DNA of 63,639 bases, the filler included, from Octopus bimaculoides (taxonomy: Eukaryota), in NCBI RefSeq assembly GCF_001194135.2. It is 8 parts of 7 records of this genome, joined end to end, with 100 filler letters (N's around TTAATTAATTAA, not from the genome) between each part and the next. Parts side by side here need not be neighbours in the genome. Positions count along the whole stretch, not along the records: positions 1 to 20,939 come from NC_068991.1; positions 21,040 to 33,004 come from NC_068990.1; 6 more parts are not named here. One strand, written 5' to 3'. Positions 12,705-25,586 of the stretch are shown here, piece by piece (position 1 is the first letter of the stretch; each line of letters opens with the position of its first letter). Under the pieces are notes generated by a model. That model made no database searches and was not told the origin of the DNA. It worked only from the letters and a program-made list of their open reading frames with translations. The translations under genes were made by a program, and so were the position numbers.

Positions 12705-14096
12705 TTATTTATAAACTGCTTTATTTTTCGATGACCGGTTTGTTGAAACTCTGAGCAACATTTTCAGAAAATTTTCGGTTTGAATAAAATTCTCTACTAA
12801 TATGTTCCAATGAGTGCAAGTGTGTATATGTCTGTATCTTTACGCCCCCACACACATGTACACACACACATATATATATATGTATGCATATATGTATGTG
12901 TGTATGTGTGTATGTGTGTATGTGTGTTTCTGTGTGCACCATATATGCTCGCTGTATGGGGATTATAGATAGGTGTTACCCATGAAAGCTTGTGTTTGTT
13001 ACATAAACCACAAAAAGCAATACGTGATACTTGCTTGTGGCAGGAAGTTTTGAAGTTGGTTACGTATGTATAAAGGCATATATGCATACGTATATAATAC
13101 ACACATAGAAATATGTATTGTCGGTATAAGTTCATGCATAAGCGAACAGAAACATTTGCGCATATACACAGACATATTCTATTGCACCCCACCATATGAT
13201 TCTATATGTATTATTATGGGTTTGTGTAATTCATTTTTGAAATAATTTATGCAGTGCGCTAAAAAGCGGACATGTACACACACAAACACATACACACACA
13301 TACAAACAAATACATGCAGACATACACACAGAGAAATGCACACACGCATTCACAAACTTTATACTTGCCCACAACAACACACACCATAATACTTTCAAAA
13401 AGCAAATAAACTTATACACACCGTTTTTGTTCTATTTTATTTGGTCCTTTTTACCTAATATATTCAAATATTATTCAGAGAGAATGAAGATTAACTAGAA
13501 ATTTATAGAAAGCAAGAAGTTTTCCAAAAATATCTGTATTAAATAAATTACTAAAATTTTGCTGAATATATTGCAGTTTGTGTATTATATAAGCAAGAAA
13601 AAAATATTTATGAGCTCTATGGATTTGTACAGATTTCTTTGTATTTGGCTTCTTTGAAATGTTCTATGTATTCATTACTTTTTTTTTCCATAGTCGCCAC
13701 GAATTTAAGAAAAATGGTACATTTTTTTTTGTTTTGATAATTGTGCTTCTGGCTTTTCCTTTTTGTGTTTTCCCTCTTTTTGTGGGGTTTTCAATTTATT
13801 TTCTTCTACAGTGAATTTATTAAATATATTCATTTTCAAAAAGAAATTAAGAAAAAGAAAAAAAAAAAATTATGAATTTTCCAAAGGAAAGTGTAATACA
13901 AAACTATGTTTGGAAAGTATGTTTGTTCAGTCTTGAAGAGTTAAAACCAAAAGTATCTTCTTTGTGTACTGAATATGTGTTCGTTTATGAAATAAAGGAA
14001 AAATCCAAAACTATCAAGTAGGAACAGAAAAAGAAAATAACTATAGAAGTTATCACCTTATGAAATATGTTCATTATCTTCCTTTCTTTATATAAC

Positions 14097-14177
<81 letters not shown>

Positions 14178-15392
14178 ACACATGTGTATTCTTACATATA
14201 TACGGATACACGCACACGTGTGTGTGCTTTGATACTCGTCTTACACCCCGTAAAATCACCCGAACCTATGTGAGCATTTGTTAGTAAATACAGATAAACC
14301 TTCAAATAAAGAGAGATCGATGCACATACATGTTTGTGCATACCTGCACTTCCTTGCGTATCTATATATGTACGTGTTTAGATTTCCATATTAATGAACA
14401 ACGTTGATGCACATTATATGTAGTATGATGTATANNNNNNNNNNNNNNNNNNNNNNNNNNNNNNNNNNNNNNNNNNNNNNNNNNNNNNNNNNNNNNNNNN
14501 NNNNNNNNNNNNNNNNNNNNNNNNNNNNNNNNNNNNNNNNNNNNNNNNNNNNNNNNNNNNNNNNNNNNNNNNNNNNNNNNNNNNNNNNNNNNNNNNNNNN
14601 NNNNNNNNNNNNNNNNNNNNNNNNNNNNNNNNNNNNNNNNNNNNNNNNNNNNNNNNNNNNNNNNNNNNNNNNNNNNNATATATATATATATATATATACA
14701 TATACATCTATATTTTTACCTATGTACAGATATACATATGCACATACATATATCTATGTGTTTGTATACATGCCTTTCCTCAATTCAACTATACCTTTCC
14801 CACCTCCGGTTTCTGCTCGTCTATAGACTCATACCTGTGCCTTACCTCACACCCACGCAAAAAATGGATGCATTTAAATATACCATTTCAAGTACAGTTA
14901 TCTTTATGTGCTGTGCACGGGAATGAAACTTGTTTATATGAGGATTATGGTTGGTGATGCATACAGACTATAGATGCACGAATCCATTCTCACTCATGAG
15001 TATAAACGTACATAATACATACATACGCACGCATTCTGAAGGAGTAAGCAAGCTTGAGGACAACCAGAAGAAGTGTGTCGAAAATCAAGGAGCATGATGT
15101 AATTGCTTAATACCTAGTGCATACAATGTGATGGTGTATACTTTTATAAGCTGGTTATACCTACACACACACACACAGACACACACACACGCACACACAT
15201 ATATAGGAGAATTCACGAAAAAACAACAGACGAAGACAGGTGGTGTAAACAAGAAATAGATGTATTAGTATAACGCTCGGGAATAACGCTCTTCAACAGA
15301 AAGGAACACACAAAGAAACAAGGAGAGAAAAAAATATGTGTAGTGATGTATGTATGTATGTATGTATGTATGTATGTATGTATGTATGTATA

Positions 15393-16101
15393 CAGGCATA
15401 CCTCACCCTATGTCGTTAATTGGTACCAGGAGAATTAACTTGTCTCTACATTAGGCTAGGCCGAATTTACTTGCCTCTTGGCTAAACCGACAATAACCAT
15501 TCCCAGTTCTGTACTTTATATACGAATGCATTTTCAATAATACATGGCTAATAAGATTACAAAGAAATTTTATCTTTTAATACAGTGCAGTAAAAAAAAA
15601 ATGTAATCTAAATTTACGAATGCAATTTAGTGATGTTTGCCGTAGATCGCGGACGCTTTATTTATGAGTGCGGTTTGCAATAAGACATGATAAAATATAG
15701 CCTTTTTTTAAGCTTAAAAATAAATTCAGTAATTATTATTATTTCGCAATAGTAAAAGAAACTAAATTATTTTAAATTAACCAGTACGTACATGCAATTT
15801 GGTGATTTTTTGATTTCATGATTTCGTTCACTAAGCTACACTACTTTATGGTGTGTATTTTAACATTTACTGTACGTATTTTAATACGATTTTATATGCT
15901 TTTATTCTTATTTATTGTACAGTAACATGATTTTATGTGCTTTTAACGGTTTTTTAGTGATTTTACGATTCCAATATTTCTGGCCTAAAAACGTAAAGTC
16001 GAGTAAAATGGCTTAACTTATTTGTCCATATATTATTTTTGAAAGCCGACATATAATCGAGAACAACATAAATCGAAATGATTTAAGTCGAGGTATGCCT
16101 G
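15393..16101. mobile_element. Non-autonomous pogo/Tigger-type DNA transposon (MITE)
   Basis: TIRs CAGGCATACCTC (15393) and GAGGTATGCCTG (to 16101), each flanked by TA; the same terminal sequence as Tigger1-type elements. No transposase ORF. Confidence 0.85.
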
Positions 16102-16378
16102 TATGTATNNNNNNNNNNNNNNNNNNNNNNNNNNNNNNNNNNNNNNNNNNNNNNNNNNNNNNNNNNNNNNNNNNNNNNNNNNNNNNNNNNNNNNNNNNNN
16201 NNNNNNNNNNNNNNNNNNNNNNNNNNNNNNNNNNNNNNNNNNNNNNNNNNNNNNNNNNNNNNNNNNNNNNNNNNNNNNNNNNNNNNNNNNNNNNNNNNNN
16301 NNNNNNNNNNNNNNNNNNNNNNNNNNNNNNNNNNNNNNNNNNNNNNNNNNNNNNNNNNNNNNNNNNNNNNNNNNNNNN

Positions 16379-16415
<37 letters not shown>

Positions 16416-16816
16416 CACATACAATATATTAAGATTCACGTGAATAAGGCACTTAAATGGTAAGGCACCAGGTTGGGTCAGAACTAAAATGCATACACAC
16501 CGAATACAAACATTGGTACCAAAATACAGGCAGAAACATATTCAAGTTATGTATAAGTCTAATTGAACCCACCTGAGTATATTACCAGTCTTTGGGCTAA
16601 TCCAGAAGCGCACATTGTATTAAATATACGGTCCATGATATAATTTGGAACACGCGAGGAGCAGGTTCCGTGAGAGGTGAATCATACGTACATACATACA
16701 TACATACATACATACATACATGTCAATGCCTCCAGATGAATTTTTCTAGTAGTGCATAATGCACTCTCGCAGATATGAGTATGTATGTATGTATGTATGT
16801 ATGTATGTATGTGTTG

Positions 16817-16880
<64 letters not shown>

Positions 16881-18582
16881 CATCTATTTATCTATCTGAA
16901 TGTTGATATGTGGATGTATGTCCAATTTTAAGACGACAAATGTTTAAGGGGAGAATTGGCTGGTATGCTTAGCAGATGAACTGACCACCTTGAAACTCCC
17001 TCGTCGACTCATGATACAAAGTCTCTCTAAACGTTTTAGATGAAAACTGATAATTTGGGCGTACGTGTCTTTCTAAATTAACGTAAGTGCAATGAAGTGA
17101 CCTCAGACAAACACCTTAATGCGAACCTTTCACTTTGTTAAATCTTATCTTCCTAGTCATAGCTTCCTCACAAATCTTGTGGCCTGTATTATTGTTGCTC
17201 TCTAATTCATTTCTGATAAAAGATGTATACAACACTTTCACTAAGGCGAATACCTTCATACATATAATGCCACAACAGATAAAACCCTCTTGAGTATTAC
17301 ATCCAAGGACTATATTTAAACTGCCTTCCTCATGGCAAGTAGCTTCTTAGAGCTAGATAGTTGCACAGCTGTACAATATTAATACTGTTTCTGATAAATT
17401 TCTTCTCGCCTCAGCTTCCTAAATTTAAATAATCTCTTCAAATTACTTCACAATTTGCTGCTTATCATAAATCTAACCCTTTCAAATTGAAGTAATATCC
17501 ACATTAGAGTTCTACTAACATAAAAGCTCTTTCTGAACTAATACTATTTCTTCATTTGCGATGAATTCACTGCATTCCTTTTGTGAATACTCTCGAGAGA
17601 GAAATGACGATCTGAAATTTAAATTTCTATCATCGATAAAAATGCGGGCTGTTGCCAAATCGAAAAGTAATCGATAATTTCTGTCATAGATTTACATAAC
17701 AAAGAAATTAAGATTTGTGATGTTCACACTTGTCCCAAAGATATTAGACTCATGCGAAAGATCCACTACATGACTGCTTGCCTCACTGGAAATAGCTGCT
17801 AATTTCCATTCAAACCAACCTTACCGTCTTGTGATAGAAAGAAGCACACAAGTATAATGAAGTCATACATGTTTGAAAAAGGACGGGATGTTCATGGCTG
17901 GAAAGCCTTTCTGTATAGGCCTTCTCTAATAGGGTTAAGCAGGACATAAACAGCAGTAAAATAAAACATGAATCGGTGCCACTGCTGCACAAATTTAAAA
18001 GAAGGCCATAATTCAAAAATTAAATTGCTGATATACTTCATCAACTTGCTCCCATTTGCGCTGTCGATCATAATATTTGTGTTCTACAATTACTATGATA
18101 CCCATTGTTTCTTTGAATAATACAATCGAATGCCCTCTCCGTCCAGATCAAGTTTCTCCTCTAGTAATATTTTTTATCACCGACGAAACGATAAAACGCC
18201 ATTTCCATTCAAGCTGGATTTAGGCAAGATTATAAAAGGTCGTAACCGGATATTGTTCACATTTTGACTCATATCTACCAATTCGGCCACACTATCAGCA
18301 TTTATATTGCACTGATTGTACAAAACCATCCTGAATTAAGTTGGATGCAAGATTAGCAACGAGTAAAAGGTTTTTGAGCTTGAGTAAACTCTTTAAATAT
18401 GTGTTGAGGAGGACTTTCTATATGTTCCTATGTTAATTCAGTACCAATTTAACTTTGATCTTTCTCACCTAGGTTCAATTCCACTGCACGGCACACAAAG
18501 CATGCATTTGTCACTGATTCCTTTGAATTTCTAATGCCATATAAAAGGAATTTGGTAGACAAAAACTGTATAACAAGCCGTT

Positions 18583-18658
<76 letters not shown>

Positions 18659-18730
18659 ACATACATACACACACATGAACACACACACACACACACACAC
18701 GCACTCACGCAGGCACGCAAACACACACAT

Positions 18731-19015
18731 TATTTTATTTGCTTGTCATGTGGCTGCAGCCATGCTGGAGCACCACCTTTTAAATCAACCCCAAGACTTA
18801 TTCTTTGTAAGCCTGGCACTTATTATATATATATATATGCACATATATACGATGAGCTTCTTTCTGTTTGCGTCTACCAAATCTACTCACAAGGCTTTGG
18901 TCGGCCCAAAGCCATAGTAGGAGACACTTGCCCAAAGTGCCATGCAGTGGGACTGAACCCAGAACCATGTGGCTGGAAAGCAAACTTCTTACCACACAAC
19001 CACGCCTGCACCTAT
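18731..19015 (-). mobile_element. SINE family A (internally deleted)
   Basis: Reverse complement of family A head, CORE-like box and tail. Confidence 0.85.
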
Positions 19016-19098
19016 ACATACGCACATAAGCATACATCTGTACAAGTATGTGTGACGGAGTTTCTGGGCTTCTGTACAGTTGCTGTCAAATTCAACTT

Positions 19099-19145
<47 letters not shown>

Positions 19146-19925
19146 CATACACAAATATGTAATACTTTTGCGACATATATTAAAAACCTGTGTACTAGTT
19201 TTCAATTTTTTATCAAAACCTCTTCCATGTCTTCTTGTAGATTCCTTGAAGTTTTGATGTAATGGATTTTGAGTTCAGTTCTCCGAGTTTATTTTATATA
19301 TAGCCATCTATTTCTTAATTGGTGTGCATTTAATTAATTTCGTGCACTTTATGAACATTTTTTTTCTATTCTTAATAATCGAGGTTGTCTGAGCTAAGAC
19401 AAACGTTCATCGACAGCAAGGATTCTAATAAATAAATGGAGTATTCTATTGAACTGTGTAATGATAAATACAAAAACAATAATAAAAGAAGAAAAGAGCA
19501 AACTGAAAATTTTTTTCCTAAAAAACGAACATCATATATGAACTAATTTTGATTTCCATATGATAGTTTTGAAAGAATAGCTCTTCCCTCAATCAGCAAC
19601 GAATACACACAAGCACACGCACGCATAAAACACAAGAAGGGCAAGGTTTAACAAATACTGGATTAAAAGTAAAGGAGACGGAAAGAGTCATAACATTTTG
19701 GACCCTTGTCTTTCATCAGAAGCAAAATATAGAGAAAGAATGCACGAGGAGAGTAAAGGAGGAAAAGTGGTTGTTGGTACAAGCATACTCATAGATTATT
19801 CTTTTTACATGTTCTAAAATCGATTATAACCTCTTTTATATATTGTTATGCTATGACGCTGCCTATATTCTATATTTATTCACATTTTCCTATTTCTTCA
19901 CAGCTTTCTATTTTTAGCATTATGA

Positions 19926-19928
19926 TAA

Positions 19929-20018
<90 letters not shown>

Positions 20019-20060
20019 ATCCTCCTCCTCCTCCTCATCATCATCATCATCATCATCGTT
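19926..20060. repeat. Compound trinucleotide microsatellite (ATT)n(GTT)n(CCT)n(CAT)n
   Basis: Read directly from the sequence. Confidence 0.97.
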
Positions 20061-20064
20061 ATTA

Positions 20065-20697
20065 TATACTTGACTTTTGCTTCGTATTTGTACAAGTTGG
20101 CTCCAAATGTCACCCGGAGTCCTCAAGAGAAAGTTAGTTCATGTTGGTGTTATTCCTTTGGTTTTGCACATAGTATTGTTCTAGAGATTGTTTAAGAAAA
20201 CAAGAAAATTATGAGTTTGTTTTAAAATTTTAGATTTCATAGTATTTTACATAGGATATTTTGGGGGTTTCCTGGTATCTGAGCACGGCAAGAATCAGCC
20301 CCTTTTACTATCATTCCTAGGGCACCTATGGAAACAGGTATTGTTCTAGTCTTGAGGTTGCACATTTTGCCAATTTCTATTTCAAGATGTTTATACTTCC
20401 TCAGTTTTTGGTAGATCTTAACAAATACATTTATTTCGATATCAATGAGGAAGCATGATTTTTGTCTAAAGTCTTTCAATATAATGTCTGGCCTATTCGC
20501 ATCTATCTTTCTGTAAGTTTGAATGGTGAAGTTCCAGAGGAGTGAGAGGTGATCATTTTCAAGCACTGGAGGTGGTTTGTGTTCCAACCAGTTTTTATCA
20601 TGGGGCAGGCTCAGGTTTTTGCAAATTACCCAGTGAATAATTGTGCTGCTCTATCATACCTGTTCAGGTACTCTGCCGGCACAAGAAGACTGCATAG
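20065..20697 (-). mobile_element. R4/Dong-type non-LTR retrotransposon 3' fragment (restriction-like endonuclease)
   Basis: EHKPPPVLENDHLSLLWNFTIQT..KIDANRPDIILKD...LIDI...KY..LEIEIGKM...TIPVSIGALG, the PD-(D/E) RLE domain; flanked by (TAA)n on the minus strand. Confidence 0.9.
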
Positions 20698-20715
20698 ATT
20701 ATTATTATTATTATT

Positions 20716-20939
20716 GTTCAGTAGTTTTATTTTTATAATGTGCTTTCACTTCACTACCGAGCGCAGCTCTGTGCGCCTTGGGTATGTGCTGTGGTGCTCT
20801 TATGGTTACTGTATTGAAAGTGTTTTGCGTAGGATGTGTGCAGTGCCCAGTAGTACAATTTTATGTATGTTATATATGTTTGTAAGTCCTGGTGTTTTTG
20901 TTATGTGTTTGTCTGAATTTTTTTTATTATACCTAAGGC
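20716..20939 (-). mobile_element. Second R4/Dong-type 3' end (different family), cut by gap
   Basis: Minus strand KHITKTPGLTNIYNIHKIVLLGTAHILRKTLSIQ*, then 3' UTR and (AAT)n. Confidence 0.85.
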
Positions 20940-21071
20940 NNNNNNNNNNNNNNNNNNNNNNNNNNNNNNNNNNNNNNNNNNNNTTAATTAATTAANNNNN
21001 NNNNNNNNNNNNNNNNNNNNNNNNNNNNNNNNNNNNNNNCACACACACACACATATATACATATAGGTATA

Positions 21072-21224
21072 TACGACGGGCTTCTTTCAGTTTCCGTCTA
21101 CCAAATCCACTCACAAGGCTTTGGTCGGCCCGAGTCTATAGTAGAAGACACTTGCCCAAGGTGCAACCCGGGACCATGTGGCTGGTAAGCAAGCTACTTA
21201 CCACACAGCCACTCCTGCGCCTAT
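21072..21224 (-). mobile_element. SINE family A head
   Basis: cgacgggcttctttcagtttccgtctaccaaatccactcacaaggctttggtcggcc...ccacacagccactcctgcgcctat. Confidence 0.9.
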
Positions 21225-21699
21225 TTTTTATTTTTTCATCATTTCTATGATTGTGTAGTTTAAACTTTACGTTGATTCTTTTTATTTCTTTGTACCTTCC
21301 TTTCTTTTTTCCTTCTTTCTTTTTCTATTACTTTCCTGTCTCCTTCTCTTGAAGCTTTCTTTCTTTTTTTTTTTTGTCTTTTCTCACTCCCTTTCTCCTA
21401 TTTCTTCGTCACAGTTTAAATCTTTCTCCGCCTTTTGTTTTATTTCGACTTCCTGCTGGAAAATCTTTATAAAGTGTCACGCCATCTATCCATCTTCGGA
21501 TTTTATTTTACTGTAACATAATGCAGTATTATAGTAGTCTAATGATCCGTTGTTCTTAAGCAGCCAGTTGCACTTGAATCAGCCAATGCAGATGTCCCTA
21601 CAACCAAAATTCTGAAAAGTACCTGGGGACAAATGAGTTACGCTAATGTTTACTATAATATCTACTACGCTTGCTCTGGAGACAATATCTAGTCATAGT

Positions 21700-21840
21700 T
21701 CCCAAATTCCGCCGAGGTCTACTTTGCCTTTCATAACTTCGGAGTCGACGAATTAAGTACCAGCTGCGTACGGAGGTAGATCTAATTGACTGGTCCCTCT
21801 CCCAAAATTTCGGGCCTTGTGCCTAGAGTAGAAAAGAATA
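21700..21840 (+). mobile_element. SINE family B, 5'-truncated
   Basis: caaattccgccgaggtctactttgcctttcat...gtaccagctgcgtac...cttgtgcctagagtagaaaagaa. Confidence 0.88.
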
Positions 21841-21954
21841 TCTAGTTATAGTTTTTAAGTACAATAATATCCGAGCAACTACATTGGAGGCAAACTGGAT
21901 GGTGATAATCTGTTAAGCTCTGAACTCAACAATAGCATTTGATTGTAAGCACAA

Positions 21955-22100
21955 AGGCGTGCCTCTGTGATAAGAAGCTTGCTTCCAAACCATTTGGTCT
22001 TGGGTTCTGTCCCATTGAGCAGCACCTTGAACACCAGACCGACCAAAGTCTTCTGAATAGAATTGATAGGTGGAACTCGAAATAAGCCCGTAATTTATAC
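21955..22100 (+). mobile_element. SINE family A head, diverged
   Basis: aggcgtgcctctgtgataagaagcttgcttccaaacc...gaccgaccaaag...aagcccgt followed by CA/TA repeats. Confidence 0.75.
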
Positions 22101-22162
22101 ACAGATACAGACGCAGACACACACATACACACACACAAACACACACACACACACACACACAA

Positions 22163-22206
<44 letters not shown>

Positions 22207-22770
22207 AGGTTTGGAGGTGATGTACATAGTTATATGCATATATTCATACATACATAAATACACACATACATATATGTACTTAAATGTCTATGTAAGTACT
22301 ACTTGGCAAGTTGAGTTGATTTGTTTATTCCCCAGCAAGTTAGCGATTCGACAGAAGGTGATGTTAGAATAAATACCATATGTAAAGAAAAGGGGAGGGG
22401 GCGATTTGTTACGCTGAACTCGTCAAGTAAGAAATGGAAGATATGCAAATAACAGGATAAATATTATTATATACACAAACACAAGTACGTGTACGTATGT
22501 GTGTATATACATATATATATACATACATGTGTATATATGTTTTTGTGCTTGTATACATACATACACACACACACATATATATGTATGTATATGTATGTAT
22601 ATAACCAGCCGAAATGGCAAAGATAATTTGGAACTCGTCTGAGGATAGAGAACTCCGAATGACTCGTCCTTGTTTTCTTAGTCTCGTCTGTTTAGATGTT
22701 TTGCGTTCTTGTGTCATTTTTGTATTTTTTATATATTAGAATATAGCGGCGTACGTACACTTTGGCCTCC

Positions 22771-22812
<42 letters not shown>

Positions 22813-24050
22813 NNNNNNNNNNNNNNNNNNNNNNNNNNNNNNNNNNNNNNNNNNNNNNNNNNNNNNNNNNNNNNNNNNNNNNNNNNNNNNNNNNNNNNNN
22901 NNNNNNNNNNNNNNNNNNNNNNNNNNNNNNNNNNNNNNNNNNNNNNNNNNNNNNNNNNNNNNNNNNNNNNNNNNNNNNNNNNNNNNNNNNNNNNNNNNNN
23001 NNNNNNNNNNNNNNNNNNNNNNNNNNNNNNNNNNNNNNNNNNNNNNNNNNNNNNNNNNNNNNNNNNNNNNNNNNNNNNNNNNNNNNNNNNNNNNNNNNNN
23101 NNNNNNNNNNNNNNNNNNNNNNNNGATGTAGATATACATATGCACATATATACATCTCTCTCTCCCCTCTCTCCATATATATGTATGTACGTATGTATGT
23201 ATATAGGTACCAGGACGTTTCTGTGCGTGTGCCCCTGTATTTGGATCGATTCTCTATGAGTGTGTGATCGTGTACATTAGCCTAAAATGCAGTTTATACG
23301 AAAGAATATCGTTGTAGTTTTTCAATACTTCAATCAAGAAATCACCGCAAATTCTGAATACATTTTTAGACAGGTTCCTTCGTCAAAAATATCATCCAAA
23401 GCCTCACTGTTCTTTTATTTTTTTTTTATCTCTCCTGCTTTCCTTCTCCCGACCAAACAAACCCTTTCCCTCTTCCTATAGACACAATGAAGTTTAATGC
23501 AGTATCTAATTTATATAACTTCATACGTAATCTTTGATCTCCAGTCTCAACGACTTATTGTGTTGATTCCATTAAGTCTATACATAACTTTCTCCTGTTT
23601 TCTCTTACTCAGTTTTTATTTTGCCATATCTTTTTTTGCTATTTTACAGAAAATCTATCTTCATCTTCATGAAGCCATGACAGTTCAAGAGATACATATC
23701 ATTTTGCTTCAAAAGTTCTATCGCAAATTTGTAGCCACATAAGTGATGTTATTCATCCCCACATGTTCTCACTAATTGCTCTGGAATATTGAATCATTGC
23801 TACATCTCTACCGTATTTTCCACGTTTTCCGAGTTCAGAGTTTCTCATCATTTATCTCTGTCCTTATTTATATCGTTTTAATTTCATTGATTGATTCATT
23901 CATTCTTTCTCCTTGTTTTCTTTGTTGCTTCTTTTCTTTTTTTCATTCCAACTTTATTTTAGCCATAAGTGTGTGAGTGATATATGTATATGTACATTTA
24001 TACATATATACGTGTGTTTATATATGTATATATGTGTGTGCGTGTTTGTG

Positions 24051-24081
<31 letters not shown>

Positions 24082-24144
24082 ATGTGTGTGTATGTATTTA
24101 TGTGTGTGATATATGTGTATATATATACACATTTACTTATGTTG

Positions 24145-24192
<48 letters not shown>

Positions 24193-24715
24193 TTGTATCC
24201 GTGGATGCATGTGGTTTTGTAACATGCATTCATCTCTCATCTACACTGATATTGATCTTTCATCTCAAATTCACTGAACCGTTTCAAAAATCATCACCGA
24301 GATCAAATAACACATAACGGATAATGATAAATATAATAAGACAAATAAGGTAAATCAGAAAATTAAGGTAAATGCGATAGTGTTTCGAAAAGCGCGAAGA
24401 TATTTTTATGTGTAATTTCTCTTGAACATAATAGTTCACCGTTTTCAAACCGCGTTAATTCTATAGGTGACTCAGCTTTTGGACTTGCGATATTGAATAA
24501 ACTGCAATGAGCTGATATCACATATATTAACTCTTTAGAAAAAATACATATGATCTCTATGCATAAATCAGTAGATAGACACAAAGAGAAATATATACAG
24601 ACTTTTATCTATTACATGTAATATATATACGTATGAGTGAATATATGTGTATGCGTGTATTTGCTTGTGTGTGCGTGTGTGTGTTTGTATATGTGTATTT
24701 ATTCAGATATATGAA

Positions 24716-24850
24716 TGTACGTGGCCAAAGTGGTTATGATGTTGCACTCACGCTCAAAAGGTCGTAGTTTCGATTCCCTATCCGGGGAGTGTTCTTCAGC
24801 AAAACACTTCATTTAGCGCTGTTCCAGTCCATTCACCCCTAAACGAGCAA
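24716..24850 (+). mobile_element. SINE family D fragment (tRNA head plus CORE-like box)
   Basis: gtggccaaagtggttatgatgttgcactcacg...gtttcgattcc...gcaaaacacttcattt; similar to 51880-52208. Confidence 0.65.
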
Positions 24851-25196
24851 CACTAAGGAAGTACCCAGTCTTGTTTACATTATTAATACCTTAAATAAAA
24901 CATAATAATGGCTTCATTATATCTTATTTTAAAATGTTAAGAAGAAACGTCAGTGTATTATATTAGACATTTTTTACATTCATTTATTGTTTGTCAAAAT
25001 ATAACTAAATCTAGTTAGGTAAATAGTGATTCTACATTAAATATGTAAACATTATTTTGATTTTTGTCTTAAATGTACGGGATGTCTTTGAATTAAAATT
25101 CCAGCATCTTTTACATTGTGATATTCATTCTGGTAGAATAGTTAGCACGCCGGCCGAAATTCTTAGTGGTATTTCGTTCCTCTTTATATTCTAGGA

Positions 25197-25586
25197 AGTG
25201 GAGGTGCAATGGCTCAGTGGTTAGGGCAGCGGACTCGCGGTCATAGGATCGCGGTTTCGATTCCCAGACCGGGCGTTGTGAGTGTTTATTGAGCGAAATC
25301 ACCTAAAGCCCCACGAGGCTCCCGCAGGGGATAGTGGCGAACCCTGCTGTACTCTTTCACCACAACTTTCTGTCATTCTTACGCCTTGTTTCTATTGTGT
25401 CTGTAATTTCAAAGAGTCAGCCTTGTCACACTGTGTCACGCTGAATATCTCCGAGAACTACGTTAAGGGTACACGTATCTGTGGAGTGCTCAGCCACTTG
25501 CTCGTTAATTTCACGAGCAGGCTGTTCCGTTGATCGGATCAACTGGAACCCTCGACGTCGTAAGCGACGGAGTGCCAACAACAACA
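25197..25586 (+). mobile_element. SINE family C: tRNA-like head, (CAA)n tail
   Basis: A box tggctcagtggttagg, B box ggtttcgattcc, tail ccaacaacaaca; candidate TSD tattctagga / tgttctaaga. Confidence 0.88.

Noticed and set aside
15230-15340. PLE-like end with CTGTTGA...; similar relics at about 19690-19725 and 22635-22680
   Set aside because: Core nucleotides mutated or deleted and no stem I; not callable as ribozymes.
17150-17600. Possible RTE LINE remnant on the minus strand
   Set aside because: Only one weak motif (ILYSCATI vs LLYG.ETW); too degraded to support.
20984-20995. TTAATTAATTAA islands inside gaps (also 33049, 39338, 44869, 54685, 58217, 61668)
   Set aside because: Identical 12-mer centred in ~100-bp N blocks (44 N each side where counted); a six-frame-stop scaffolding linker, not biology.
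25197-25270. tRNA genes (also 51880 and 57800)
   Set aside because: A and B boxes continue into SINE bodies with no acceptor stem or T-run terminator.
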